Assembly (NCBI RefSeq): GCF_026571515.1
Contig: NW_026858411.1
Span: 124,001 to 188,000, forward strand
Length of the DNA stretch: 64,000 nt
DNA from: Ruditapes philippinarum
Lineage: Eukaryota
Direction of reading: 5' to 3'
The position numbers were made by a program, and so were the translations under genes. The notes under the pieces were generated by a model, which was not told the origin of the DNA, searched no databases, and saw only the letters and a program-made list of their open reading frames with translations. The stretch's first letter is position 1; each line of letters starts with the position of its first letter. This document shows positions 11,221-23,954 of the stretch, one piece after another.

Positions 11221-11898
11221 CAGGTATAAAACTAATTAAACTTCAGATAGCACAAACAGGATTTCTTAGTTTTTACACATAAAAAAATTACGGTATACAA
11301 CATTTCTAAGTGTAAATATATGACACCCTAGGGATGATTAGCCGATTATGCTAATTTGAAAGTCAGTTACTGGTTCAAAAGTACTGTCACAATCATGCAA
11401 TCACTTTCCAGTGGTAGTGTCTCAAAACTTCGATATATCTTTGTGAACAAAGAATAATATACAATTACCTTGTTTCCGGGCATGGAAGCAACTTCATCTG
11501 TTTCAGTTGAGTAATAAAGAAGTGAAAGAATTAAAGTTAAGTACTTCAGAGCTTCACATCGTGTAAGATAATAATCAAAATACATGTAAAATTAGGCGTA
11601 TAGCATTTGGCGAAAAAAAAAATTCACTTCGTTTGGAAAACAATAGACCATATAAAAATGTGTAAAATATATCTCCCGTCAAAAGAATAAATATGCATAA
11701 AACAGGATAAGGAAGGGAAAACAATAAAAAAGAGACTCTTATAGTAAATTTATTGCGGCATAGTTTGATACATTCATTTAAACATTGCACATAAAAGAAT
11801 GCTTAGTCTTAAGAAAATAAATACTATTTTTGCGTTGCAATGCTTCAATGTGGAAATAACGTAAGCATTTGCGATTCTTGTATAAAACAATTACTTAC

Positions 11899-12030
11899 CA
11901 TTGAAACTCAAAACCAAAATAACATAAATCGTACAATACAGTATATTCTGCATGACACGTGATTTTTCTGCACAAGTGTAAACTAGCTCTCTAATAAGCG
12001 TAATATTCTGTGTATTTATACAGCATATGT
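11899..12030 (-). promoter_or_regulatory. Orphan SCP first exon ending in ATG|GTAAGT, with an upstream TATA-like box
   Basis: Homologous to the ATG-only first exons at 44170-44172 and 50963-50965 and to their flanks. TATAAATA on the minus strand at about 12013-12020. Its cognate downstream exons are absent. Confidence 0.7.
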
Positions 12031-12074
12031 AATGTAGGACATCAATTAGTTTAGTACAAAAGACCGGTGGGGAC

Positions 12075-12362
12075 ATTTCAACTTCATGAATTCCCGATTT
12101 CATCACCGTGAATTCACCATGTTAGCTTTCGGGCATACGGAATTCACGATTTTAGCCTTGAGAACTCACAATTTCAAGTTAACTTTTTCACGATTTCAAC
12201 TTCATGATCTCACGATTCAACATTAAAAATTCAACATCGTGAATTCACGATTTCAATTTCACGATTTCAACTTCATGTACTCTTGATTTTAACTTCAAAA
12301 ATTCACAATTTCAACTTCATGAATTCATGATTTCAGCTTCACGAATTCACAATTAACTTCAT
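12075..12362. repeat. Degenerate ~22-bp tandem repeat (atttcaacttcatgaattcacg)
   Basis: About ten degenerate copies are visible. Confidence 0.85.
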
Positions 12363-13529
12363 TTAGGATTTCATGTACAGAATAGGTAAAACGATTCCAA
12401 CAATTATCGGTTTATATATTTTTTTTTATGTTACTTTGTAGCTAAAATAATCTCGGAAAAATGTTGTTTTTCAGTGTAAGGAAGTGTCTTTCATTAACCT
12501 TCAAAAGCAGAAAAATCAAACAAAGTCAATTTTCATATATATTATTTTTGCTGTTTTGTTTGCTTCTGTCAAAGGGACCCAACCCTTTCAATTTCTGTTT
12601 TTTCATTATATTATGTCTTCTAAGCTGATGAAGGTATAATACATGTAACAATAATTTTTATTTGCACAGCTTTATAAATGAAAAAAGTATCATGGGTTTT
12701 CAAATGATGTGTCGTTTATAGTTATACGCTGGTTGTATCTTTATCTTGAAACGTTTATTCTTCAAACAGCTGCATACTCCTCACTTTATTAACGTAGTTG
12801 GTATCGATGTTTGTTTCCTCTAAATTACTTACAAAAGTTATTTCTCAGCTGTTCGATTAACATGTTTTCATGTCTAGAAATATTATTTCAAAACTGAAAT
12901 GGTTCTTGACAAATGTATAATGCAACATCCACACAGAGAAGCAACATCAATATCATCATGATCTACAACATCCATCTTTATTTATTTAGAAGGTTTTTCT
13001 GTGAATAGGGAGAGAGCGATGAAAACAGAGATTAAAACTGAAATTGTCAGACTCGTTAAGTTTGGGTCTGTGCATCACATTGCGAGAAGCGTAGTTTGAA
13101 AAAGTAAAAGAGACTACTACAATTTTAACATTTGAACAAATCCAAAATTAATCGAATAACTTTAAAACAAGAGTAGATTTTTATATTCTTATATCATACT
13201 TTTTATATGTAAGGAAGTGTTCATTATGTTGACTAAGCTCTCCTTTGTCATATATGTATGATACATAATCTTCATTTGAACATCTATTTATACTTTTTTA
13301 ACAATGAAAAAAAATTACAATCTTACTTAAAATTACAACCTTTGCATAAGAGAGTTAACAGAGTTGAAACGTAGAGCTGAATTTAAATGAAATTGACTGC
13401 TAGTATGCCTTAATATGTTATTATTGTTACAGCTGTACGCGTATATCTTCAAGCAGTTGATACAGCTGTTCGTTTGAATTTAGACTTTTAGATTTTGTTT
13501 GTTATTTGATTAATGGATTGTAAGTCAAA

Positions 13530-13745
13530 ACGACTCTGTTATAGTCATATGACCACTTTTCAGCTTTACTGATGGAGGAAATCACAGGTGCCCATTCGTG
13601 CATAATTCAGACACGAGCGGGCACAGGAGTAAAGCAACCGACCATCCGTAAACAAGCTAGATTGCTTTATCACATGAAAGAGTCCAATCCAAATAAACCG
13701 CGGCGATGGACAAAGATTTGAAGCCACTCGGTAATAGAAGACCAC
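13530..13745 (-). mobile_element. Old tRNA-SINE remnant inside a segmentally duplicated block
   Basis: tttcagctttactgatggaggaa..acgagcgggcac..aagccactcgg resembles bivalve SINE bodies. Related copies at about 36010, 38530 and 46080. Confidence 0.5.
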
Positions 13746-16182
13746 ATGATCCGTTTACATTCATATTTTATGATAAAGATATAACTTGAAATGATAAGAA
13801 GAAGCTCTGAAAGGTTGGATACCACTTAAGCATGTTGTACCGTAAATGTAATTGAACTAATATGTAACACAAGTGATGTAATTGACCTAAAAGGCAGCGC
13901 ATATGAAACGTTCATGGTACATAAAATATTATTTATACAGTATATTCTTTGACATTAATATGAGACAGTATAACCCATAAGAAGATTATTGACATGCTTA
14001 AAAGGTCAAACAGAAAACAAATTTCCAACGAATACGCAATGAAAATGATATTAAGATTGGACTATAAAAAATTATGTAAGAAATATCAAATATTATTTCG
14101 AAATCAGTCCATTCGTCCATCTTGTTATATGAGCATGTCAAGATGACATAATGAGAGTAAGGATTAAGTACAAGTTAACAGTATCAGATGTGTTAAATAA
14201 TGTCGCTGTGCATTACAATTGTACGAAACGATTAACAAAAGTTCAAATCTGTGATAACAAGAAGTGGGCTGGTTAGAACATTCGTCTGTAAGGTGTTTAA
14301 ATGATAGACTAAAAAGGGATATATCATATTAATAAATATGGTTTTACAATTCTGTTTAGCTTCATGATCTGCATTAATTAACTATTAATATTTTTATATG
14401 ATGTTAAGTCTTAATATAACTTTAGTGATATTATCATTGACATTGCTCAAGCTGTTTTTGTTTCATTAAGTCTACATTCGTCCAATGTACATCTATATAC
14501 ATGTATGTCTTTGATGAATTTTGGTCTCTTGATATTTCGATTTCGAGGTTAAGAATTCTGTACACTTTTATGGCGCCTGATATATTTCGATCATATGCAA
14601 ATTGTTATAAATAGATTGTATTAATAAGTGCAAAAATCATGCATATTTTAACTACGTTAAATTAGTTAATTCTAAAATATTACTTGTGTTAAGGTTTTAC
14701 GTTATCGATAATTATTGAAACCTTTTACTAAATTTTATAATCGTAGTATTTAATTTCAATATTCAACTCTTCTACGACTCTTCTACGACTAAGAAGCAAG
14801 TCTGGTTTAAAAGGGGATTTGATTTCAATATTTTTTTTTAAAATACAAAGGGCATGAGAGATGTTGAACTGTTTCATTATCCTTTATGAACATACTGAAA
14901 TCAAGTATGCAATTTTCATAGAATATTGCTGTTGTCATTGTTTCCGACAAGGGATCTCACTATTTCCAAATTGTTTACCCATATTTATACTAAGCCTATC
15001 AATCAAACTAAGCATTCATTTTATTTATCTATAAGGCTTTTCTGTGGTAAAGCATTTAACTAAAATGATATTATACCTAAAACTATCAAATACCTGACAA
15101 ATAAACAGGATGATTATTGTTAACAATATATTAAACTCATTTGGAATAAGATCATTGATATGTACATATCGTAAACGTTACAACATTTTGAGCTTTAATA
15201 AAACTGAAAATAAATTAATAAGTGGTCATTGTAGCAAATTGAGAGTGTATTGAAAATTAATTTGCAAGAATAAAAGTGTTGCAAAGATGTCACGTAGTCG
15301 CACTCTCCCATACGAAATATCAATCAAATACCAGATGCGCAACCTCTTGCGAAGCAGCCCCCAGCGCCACCAAAAAAGCTTCATTCTAACTACATGATGC
15401 AAAAGAAATTAATAAACAACAATGTACTATACTTTGTTGCTTCTTTGAAATTAAACAGTAAAGATGGCGCATCAATGACCAAGAAATAGTTCAATGTCTC
15501 AGTCATTCCTTAATGAAATTATTTTTTAACATGAAACAGTTGGCATTGCTGCATAGCCTTCTGCATATAAAATATAATGTACCAAAATCCGTTGTTTTAT
15601 TTGCATTATGTATTTATACATCTGCTAAATTTATACAAGAAAGACATTGTGACAAAGGGACATTAAAATACACAATATATTTGATCAATCAAAGACCAAA
15701 GGCGGTTGATATTCAATCTAAATACAGAAGATGAGTTTGATTGGATTTAACGTCACATTGACACATTACTGGTCATACCACTCCGAACAATAATAAAGTA
15801 AAGAGGTGTCAAAGTAAACATTAACCCATGAGCTATTTTCGTAAAAAAAACAGCCATGTTAGTTTTGTATTAAAGCACGTTTCAGATTTTAATGTATTTA
15901 AACCCATATTGCATCTCCTTTCAAAGTATTATAGACAACATACGTTCGACAATAAAATAGTGAAACCTGCAATCTATAAAGCTTAACAAAGATTCTTTAA
16001 AAAAATAATATAAACATGACAGAAAAAATATACCATTGAATGACCTCAATTAAAATCAATATTATTATCATTATTTCATGAAAAGATAATATGATATTCC
16101 TATACTATATTTGACATACGTTATGGACCTTTAACAGTTTAAACTAAATAGCGAGAATTTGTTGTAATACTTGATCGATCAG

Positions 16183-16191
16183 TATATATAA
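16183..16191 (+). promoter_or_regulatory. TATA box of the secreted SCP-like gene
   Basis: TATATATAA about 50 nt upstream of ATG 16238. Confidence 0.55.
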
Positions 16192-16237
16192 TGGGCAACA
16201 ATATTGTTTTACATGTATTAAGACGCAGCAACGATTC

Positions 16238-19200
16238 ATGCAGGATATGATGAATTGGGCAGTTATTTTGTTGCATGTTTTGATTTACAATGGTAAGTTA
16301 TTGTAATTGTAAGTATATAAAAAGATATTTGTTTGTTTTGTTTTTTGTGTAAGGTGGAACTTTATTTCATCGAGTGAGCTTCAGAAACAGTATTCTCATG
16401 AGTGACGCAGCCACGATTGAGAATACTGTTTCGAAACTCACGAGACCTATATTTCAGACAAATTAGGTTATTCTAAGAAATGTAAGCGACCGTCATTGTT
16501 AAAAGTTGTGTGTTTCACGCTAGGAAAAAATAAAATGTGGAGGGATTTCATTTGGATTTGATAATTTTACCTTTATTTAAACAAAAGGAATCTTATTTGA
16601 GGAATTATACAGTCAATAAGTAATTGTTGACGGATGTGTATACATTCAAGAAGCTATTAGGAATTATGATAACATGGAATGTTTGAAAGGTTGTCTTACA
16701 AACGCTTGGTTATTCACTTATCTTTTTGGCTGATAGCGGTCATTGTATTACAGTTATTGCTTGTGGGATACTTAAATATGCCAGAATATCATCAAGATCG
16801 GTTCAGTTTTCCTCTATTCTGTTTGCATATCAATGAAATAAAAAAAAACACTTGGTGATCGGTCATTTGCTTGAATTAAAGTATATTTTATCTTTTTCAT
16901 TACGTTTGAAATTTAATTTATTTATAAATTCTAGCCTTGCTTTGCTGTAAACAGGACTGATTATATCGGAATTGTAAGCCAAATTGTGAGGTAGTAGTCT
17001 GTTTATTGAAAAGCGTGAATTTATATTTGAAAATATTGATAATTTCCCTATGAACTATAAAATATAATTTTCACGGATATATCAGTAATTTATTCAAAAG
17101 CATAAAATAAATGCTAGTTATCATTTAATTACCTTATGGTTTCTATGTCATCCAGCAAGGAGTTTGAATTTTTTATCTAAAACATTTTTTGCTTAAAGAT
17201 CCTGTATGTTTTGTGATTGATATTGTATACCACACTTGCAAAAAATTATATATGTATATAGTTATGCAAGTAAAACAATTTTCAAACATCGAACAATATG
17301 TAAAATGTGTACTGCAAATATTTAAGCACATTATATTTAATCAATAAATTATATGCATTCATTTTTTATTGGAAAATTTGACTTAGAATTTATAGAAAAT
17401 AAATTTCTAATTATCTCCCTTTATTTACGTGAAATATTATTAAAATCGGTAATATCTTTATAAATAATGCTTATTGGAACTTACAATATTGACAAATCCT
17501 AATTAGAGCATCATATTTATGAAATAAAACCATGAAAATATGTGTTACAGGATCTTTATTATGTATCATGTCTGTATTAGTTATAATCCTTTTCACTGCA
17601 GCATGGATTTTCCATTTACCTTCTGTTTAGAAATAGTTATATGTAAGTATTTTCTGATTTCTTTAACAAACAGATATGAAATTACGATAAAGCAGTTATA
17701 AAATATGACACGAGTAATTTACGAAGATATAACACTGACTAGGGTGACATCGAGGGATGTTTCTTCTAACAAAAATGTCGAGGTCGTAAGACCGAGTTAT
17801 ATTTTTTTGCAGAAACATCCCGGCATGTTGCCCAGCCAGAGTTATACTCCCGTAACTAACTCGTTTTATGTAATCATTATACCTGCTTTACCGTAATTTC
17901 ATATTTTTTTGTAACAGAAATAAGCAACAACAAAAAACTTTTTTGTAACAGAAATCAGCATACAATTTTTTTTTTTGTAACAGAAATCAGCAAAAACAAC
18001 AACCTTTTTGTAACAGAAATCAGCAAACATTCTATGTTCAGTGATTTTCCCTCTCTTGTGCTCCTTCCTTTTCGTTTCAAATGTTTCAAGTGTTAGCCCT
18101 TAAAAACCTAAAAGAATAAACCAATACCAGCCAAAAAGTCTTTAGTGATTAGACATACTCGCAGTGTTAAATTTCAATTTCAGCATAATCATGTATTTGA
18201 TTTTTTGTGAAATGGATATAAGGTCTATATTATTATTATTGCTTGGGTTATAAGAAAAAAAAAGATTGTTTTATTGATGTTTAACATTTCCAGATTCAAC
18301 GAAATACATGCACTGTATATTTCAGAAAAATCACTTAATTGCTAGATGGTAATGTCAACGAATCGGGAAATAATAGCTAAACGATTAAAAGTTGTCGATA
18401 AAGTCTGTAAGAAATATATTGAAATTATGTTTTGAAATAATAGAGAACCCCTAAAGAAAGCCAAACTCAGCAAAATTTAAACTGTTGCATGCTCGGTTTG
18501 ATTGACCATGTTCAGGGGTGGTAGTGGCTATTATAGCAAGCTTCCGTCCACGCCCCAACCACGCCGATAATTATTTAAATAAACAGTACTGTAGTTTTGA
18601 TTTTTCCCTAATACTTTAGGTGCACTCCGCCCGCCTTAGGTTTGATATCAACAGTATAAGGGGAAATGTCACTACAATTGAATATGACGGGTTTTAAATT
18701 AGAAAAGTAGAATAGTGTACTTTATAAGTTAATGCTTAACTTTAATATTTCCTTTCCTAGTTTGTGTTGGTGCTGTCGAACAAGAACCAAGCAGGGTAAC
18801 ATTAAACGGTTTTTTTACCTTTATTAACTTATATTGATCCCGTTAGATTAGATAAATGTTTTATACACTGGTATATAAAATTGTATAAGTTTTGAAACTG
18901 ATACACCAACAGAATGATATTGTTTTCGTTAACTGACACAGAATATGTTAGAACTAAGGCACTGTAAAGGCATTTTGTGATCGAAGTACTTTAAAAAGTG
19001 ACTCAAGTCTTTAATATGAATTTTTATCTTTGATCAAACAGATTGGTTAAACTTTCCGTTTAAATGGGTATGTACTTAAATCAAAAAGGTGTATGAAAAT
19101 AATTTAAATTCGAACAATTATTCCAATACTGTCAGGTGAGGAAACTACAAAGCTTTTTTACTAAACGCCAGCGGTTTTACTTCAGGTTCCTGCTCGTACT

Positions 19201-20394
19201 ATAGATTTAGACGTTCAAGCCTTCCTCAATAAGAAAGTCTGAAAGTGGCAATATGATTTTGTTAGTGTTGTGTGTGTTTAAACACCAAACAATCACTATA
19301 AAAGGCAATTATATTCTTAATATGAATATTGATTCACCTTGTTACTAATTATCTATTTAAATACATTTTAAATTATGGGCTATCTAGTACATTCTTCATT
19401 TTCTTCAGACCAACGATTATCTTATCATGAAGTGGGGAAAATGGTTTACTTTATTGGATTTCAATCATGATGGAAATCTTTCAATGGATGACCCTACAAC
19501 ATTTGAGTAAGTGAGAAAATGTATCACTTAAAACGTTATAAGAAAATCAAAATGAAATTGTGCAGTGCATAAAGCTTTATGTCAAGACTGGATGAGAAAT
19601 TATTACAGGGACCAAGACTCGGTCTCATTCATAGATTTATATAGCATATGAAATAATGCATAAATACAAATTTATTTTTTACGATATGATTATCATATTA
19701 ATTAATCTGAATTTTTTTAGCAAATACCCTTTACAGTAAATTAATGTAAATATTAAGATAAGATTAATGAGAACGTATCTTAACACAATATTTTCTCTGA
19801 CAAGTTATTTACAATAATCCATGTGCCTCACGCTGGCCATTAGTAAGCTTTCAAGTTGGATAACAAAACAATTCATATTTTTACATTAAGTTTGTTTCTG
19901 TGCCCTGCTTGATGCATTAACTTTTAAGCTGGGTCATGTCGGGACTATTTTTCAGGGCATACTATATAGCTCATGGTAATCTAAGCGATCAGCAATTGAA
20001 AACGATGAAGAACAAAATGGATAAACTATGGAAGACCTTTGTTTTCACAAACAAGAAAGAAGTCTCCAAAGAAGACTTTCTATCCATGCTGAAACAAAGA
20101 TATGAATCTAACACAACTGCTTTAATTGGGATGATGCGAGTGTTTCCAACGGATTGGTGCGAAGCGATAGACTTAAATGGAGACAAATTTCTGTCAAAAG
20201 ATGAATTCATTCTAAACTTTGTTGCTGAAACGCACAACAATATCCAAACGGATGAGAAGTTTTTCTACATGTATCATCCTATTAATGAGCGTGTTGCACT
20301 TGACGATGTCATAGAGTCTTTTGTTCTCTTTGTAACTGAGCCTGATGAGGCTAAATCAGACATTGTCTTAAACGCAATTGATTCCGGTTTATAA
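16238..20394 (+). CDS. SCP-like EF-hand protein with a predicted N-terminal signal peptide (208 aa, 4 exons)
   Basis: Exons 16238-16292 (G|GTAAGT), 18761-18795 (cctttcctAG..AGG|GTAACA), 19409-19506 (ttcttcAG..GA|GTAAGT) and 19956-20394. Phases 1/0/2 join without stops: MQDMMNWAVILLHVLIYNVCVGAVEQEPSRTNDYLIMKWGKWFTLLDFNHDGNLSMDD..DLNGDKFLSKDE..IDSGL. The last two exons are firm; the first two are inferred. Confidence 0.75.
16350..16445. mobile_element. Small hairpin-bearing dispersed repeat fragment
   Basis: gaaacagtattctca..tgagaatactgtttc inverted repeat. A related fragment lies at about 25455-25495. Confidence 0.45.
17905..18030. repeat. Short tandem repeat (tttttgtaacagaaatcagcaa) x4
   Basis: Directly visible; probably internal to a non-autonomous transposon. 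Confidence 0.85.
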
Positions 20395-21479
20395 ATTGAA
20401 ATATGAAATGAAATTGATTTGGAAAAAAAGATAATAAATCATTTATTTGCAAATCAGTATGTTAACGTCCAGCTTATTATGAGAGCATTTAATTAAGGCA
20501 TATTTGTAATAATTAAAAGATATTCCTTGTGTTATAGAATAATAGATACGCATTATCGTGGTATGTCACAAAATTCAAAAACTGGCCCGATTGTTACCAT
20601 TTCATTTCACTATCACAGCAAAAATCGTAAAGTGTGTAGGTGATTGAAACTTTGTACAATATTTTTTTCTCGAGGAATGAAACAAGAAGCTAAATTTAAG
20701 CCCATTTTTCACTATTGATTGTGAGTACAAATGCGTAAATAAACGAGACATGGAAGCCTTGTTAAAACAATCCAGCTCCTAACTATAATATATAAAAAAA
20801 CACCATAAATTGGAGAAATAGAATCTAAATAAGGACTTGGAACGTTCTAATTAGGAGTTTGAAAAGCAAAGTAAGGAGAAAAAAATCATCATTCAAACTT
20901 TGTAACTTATTAGACTTGTAAACAAACAACTAATCAGGATTTCATTTCTCCTAATTAGTGTTTTCAATTTTCGAAATAGGAGTAACAAACTCCTAATTGG
21001 GGTTTAAGTTTTCAAGACCTTTCCTCCTACAAGAGAGGTTTTTAAGACCTAATTAAGTTTAAAACTCATAAGTAGAACTCCTTATTAGAAGTTGTAAATT
21101 TTTATTTTAAGCTCACGAAGTCCTTACCAAGAATTCATAAAGTCGTTACCTAGCTTATATTTATTTTCATTGCAAGTTTTAAAGACCTTTTAGCATTTTA
21201 ATTATCCTAAGTCCTAATAGTTTTTTTCTTCTGTTTGTAAAATCATGATTGAGCTTTCATTTTTCCTAATTAGGATTTTTAAAACCCCTTATTAGAAATA
21301 TTAAGTCTTATTTATGCTTTTAAATCAATATGTTTCAAAGAGTTTATGTTTCATTATAAATTATTGAGGTTGGCATCAGGCTGTTTACGTAACTACATAA
21401 TTTAAAAATTTTATGAATATTTTATAGTTTGCAATGTTATGTTTACTTTACTACTAAATAGTAAATAGCATTGCTATAA

Positions 21480-22420
21480 TCTACGTCAAAGCCTTGCTAT
21501 TTATAACTAGTTGAAACGGGTTGTACTTTTGTCAAACACTAGAAAGGATCAAGAAGTATCAATATTTTATTTGCATTACATATGAAACTATGACTAATAT
21601 ATTTTGATGGAACTGGTCACTGCCATAAACGTTTATACGTATTTTGTAAAGTAATAAGTTACTGGGTCGTGCGGGGGTTGTGTTCATTGAACGCCGCCTT
21701 TCCTTGTTGATCTTGTTTATCATATTTTATTTTGGAATAACGTCTCCATATAATTTTATTATTGCGTTTAACCGTCGATCTGATAGAATCAATTGATAAC
21801 TTACATCAGTATTGTGGTCCTATATTTATATAATTCAGCTGATCTCAGTACGCCAACAGGATAAGGTCAATTAATAATTATATATGCAAAAAGACATGTT
21901 TTCAGATTGACTTATTTGATATACTTATTTAAAAAGAAAACACATCGTGTCGTATTTCTTGACCTCGTTTACTTGATATATTATTCTGCAAGAAATAATT
22001 TGCATAGTGGAACATAGCTTTTAAGCAAGAACAGTTAGAACATACAGCAAACGAATGAATTAAAGTTTGCTCGATTAAATACGAACACACGGAAATATGG
22101 AAATGCTTGCAAATAACACCACTTTCATGTTTAAATTACAATTATTCGGACAACTTATGAGAAATTTATAAGACTAAAAGATACTATAGAATGTAAGTTG
22201 CCTTAAACCCCACATTTAACGTGTTCAGCTTATATTAAATTTTATTAAATGTTGTTTGCGCCAGTTCAGATATGCACTGGTGCATTGTCACATATGAATA
22301 GATTTTTGGATAGTAAACAAGTAAGTGATGTATTTCATAATTTCTTTTTTTCAGTTCAGTAATTAGTAATGAAACTTCACAACCCTAATAAGATAAAAGT
22401 TTACATTTAGTTTTTTAGCC
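21480..22420 (+). promoter_or_regulatory. Inverted diverged copy of the upstream region and non-coding first exon of SCP copy C
   Basis: Aligns with the reverse complement of about 24400-25430, e.g. ggtcaattaataattatatatgcaaa..gacatg. It retains ggatagtaaacaa|GTAAGT at 22321, homologous to the copy C donor at 24508-24509. Confidence 0.75.
21664..21728 (+). mobile_element. Solo 3'-terminal fragment of the same Penelope-like element
   Basis: Reverse complement is nearly identical to 5085-5150 (aatatgataaacaagatcaacaaggaaaggcggcgttcaatgaac). It is absent from the homologous position near 25240. Confidence 0.8.
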
Positions 22421-22880
22421 AATGATATGCTCATTCTACATTTATCAATAAGTATTGAAAACGATTCATTTTAAAATGATCTTTTTATGTTTATTTCATT
22501 TTACGACATGCAATAAGCAATGTCTATATCAGCACATTATTGATATTAAATGTAAAAAAATGCAGAGTTACTGACTTCAGGCGTAGAAAATATCGTTCTG
22601 TCACATGAGATTGAATCAAATTATGTAGGCTCAAGGGCATCTGCTTACATCATTTTGTGTTGAAAATGAATTTGCTTTAACTTCATTTTTTGACGTATGA
22701 AATTACCTTAAACAGATCTGTGATTTTAGAAAGACCAACAGATTTGATGCTTTTATTTCACAAGTACGGTAGCATTTTAAGAAGACACACCTCTTATCGT
22801 ATGTTAATGCGAGTCAATTTATAAGAAAAGTATACACACAAAACTTCAAAAAGCAATTTGGTATTGTTACATGTATTTAT

Positions 22881-23954
22881 TTACAAGCCCTCTTCCATTG
22901 CTCGTTGAACCGGGTCTGGAAGTGAGCTATCTTCACTTGTCAGGTAATGGATCCAGTAGCCCTTCAGTCTGTCTAAAGGAATTTTTCGATCAACTGGTGA
23001 AAAATGCGCATAAAACCTCTTATCCTTCTCTTCGTCCTCGTGCCCCTCCGCCTTGAGGATTGCCAAAGCTTCCTTTTCAGAAACAAAACCATCGTGCGCG
23101 ACGTCTACAAAGTCACCAATCTCAGCTTGACACTTTTTAATTCGCTCAACAAACTTTTCTTTGTCGGCTTTAAATGCAGCATTTTGGTATTCTGCAAACT
23201 CGTCCACCGTCAATTCTTCTTTTCCCCAGTTCACATATTCGCACCACCATTTCGTGAATTTCTCACTTATTTCCTTCTTTTCGTCATCTTTCAACTCATG
23301 TTGCTTTGTAAATTTATCTCTGAAAGACAATTACATTTGTTATCTCCCTTATCTAAGTAGACTTGAAGAAATACACTCTAATTGTTTAAGAGTTAAAGGC
23401 AATTTAAACAGACACAGAAATTATATCCAATCATTTGATATTCTTAAATGTATTACATATCTGTCATTTATTGCATTTGTCAATAAACAATTGGGCTAAG
23501 TGTCAGTTTAATAATACATATAATACATCTTTTTCAGTGGCGTATGGAAAGCATATATGGCGAGTGTTCCTTGATACCACTAAAATATTAATGTTTTGTG
23601 GAAGGTTGCTGTTAACTTGTCCCGAGTGACTATTTCAGACATACTGTCTTCAAGCTAATCGTCACGATAAAACATTTGCCTCTCCAAGGACTGGTTCTAG
23701 CAGACAGACGGTGCAATTAAGCGAATAAAATAACTAAAATTTGTTGTTCTATAAAGAATAAAAGATAAATATTGAAAATAAATAAACTTGTAATGAAATA
23801 AAAGATGTATTAACCTGGCTTTCTATAGTGAATGAAATAATATATGTCGTTACCTGGCTTTCTCCATGTCTGCATAGCAAACTTTGCCATCATTATTGCC
23901 ATCAAATAAACTGAACCATCGCTTCCACTTTGAGATAAGGAAGTCATTCGCCAT
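22881..23954 (-). CDS. SCP-like EF-hand protein (copy C, 179 aa)
   Basis: Exons 23854-23954 (MANDFLISKWKRWFSLFDGNNDGKVCYADMEKAR) and 22881-23319, with canonical GT/AG. Probable non-coding first exon with donor at 24508-24509. Confidence 0.92.

Noticed and set aside
23812-23853. Duplicated splice donor in the copy C intron as a productive alternative isoform
   Set aside because: Using the distal donor reads AGG TAA immediately, giving a premature stop.
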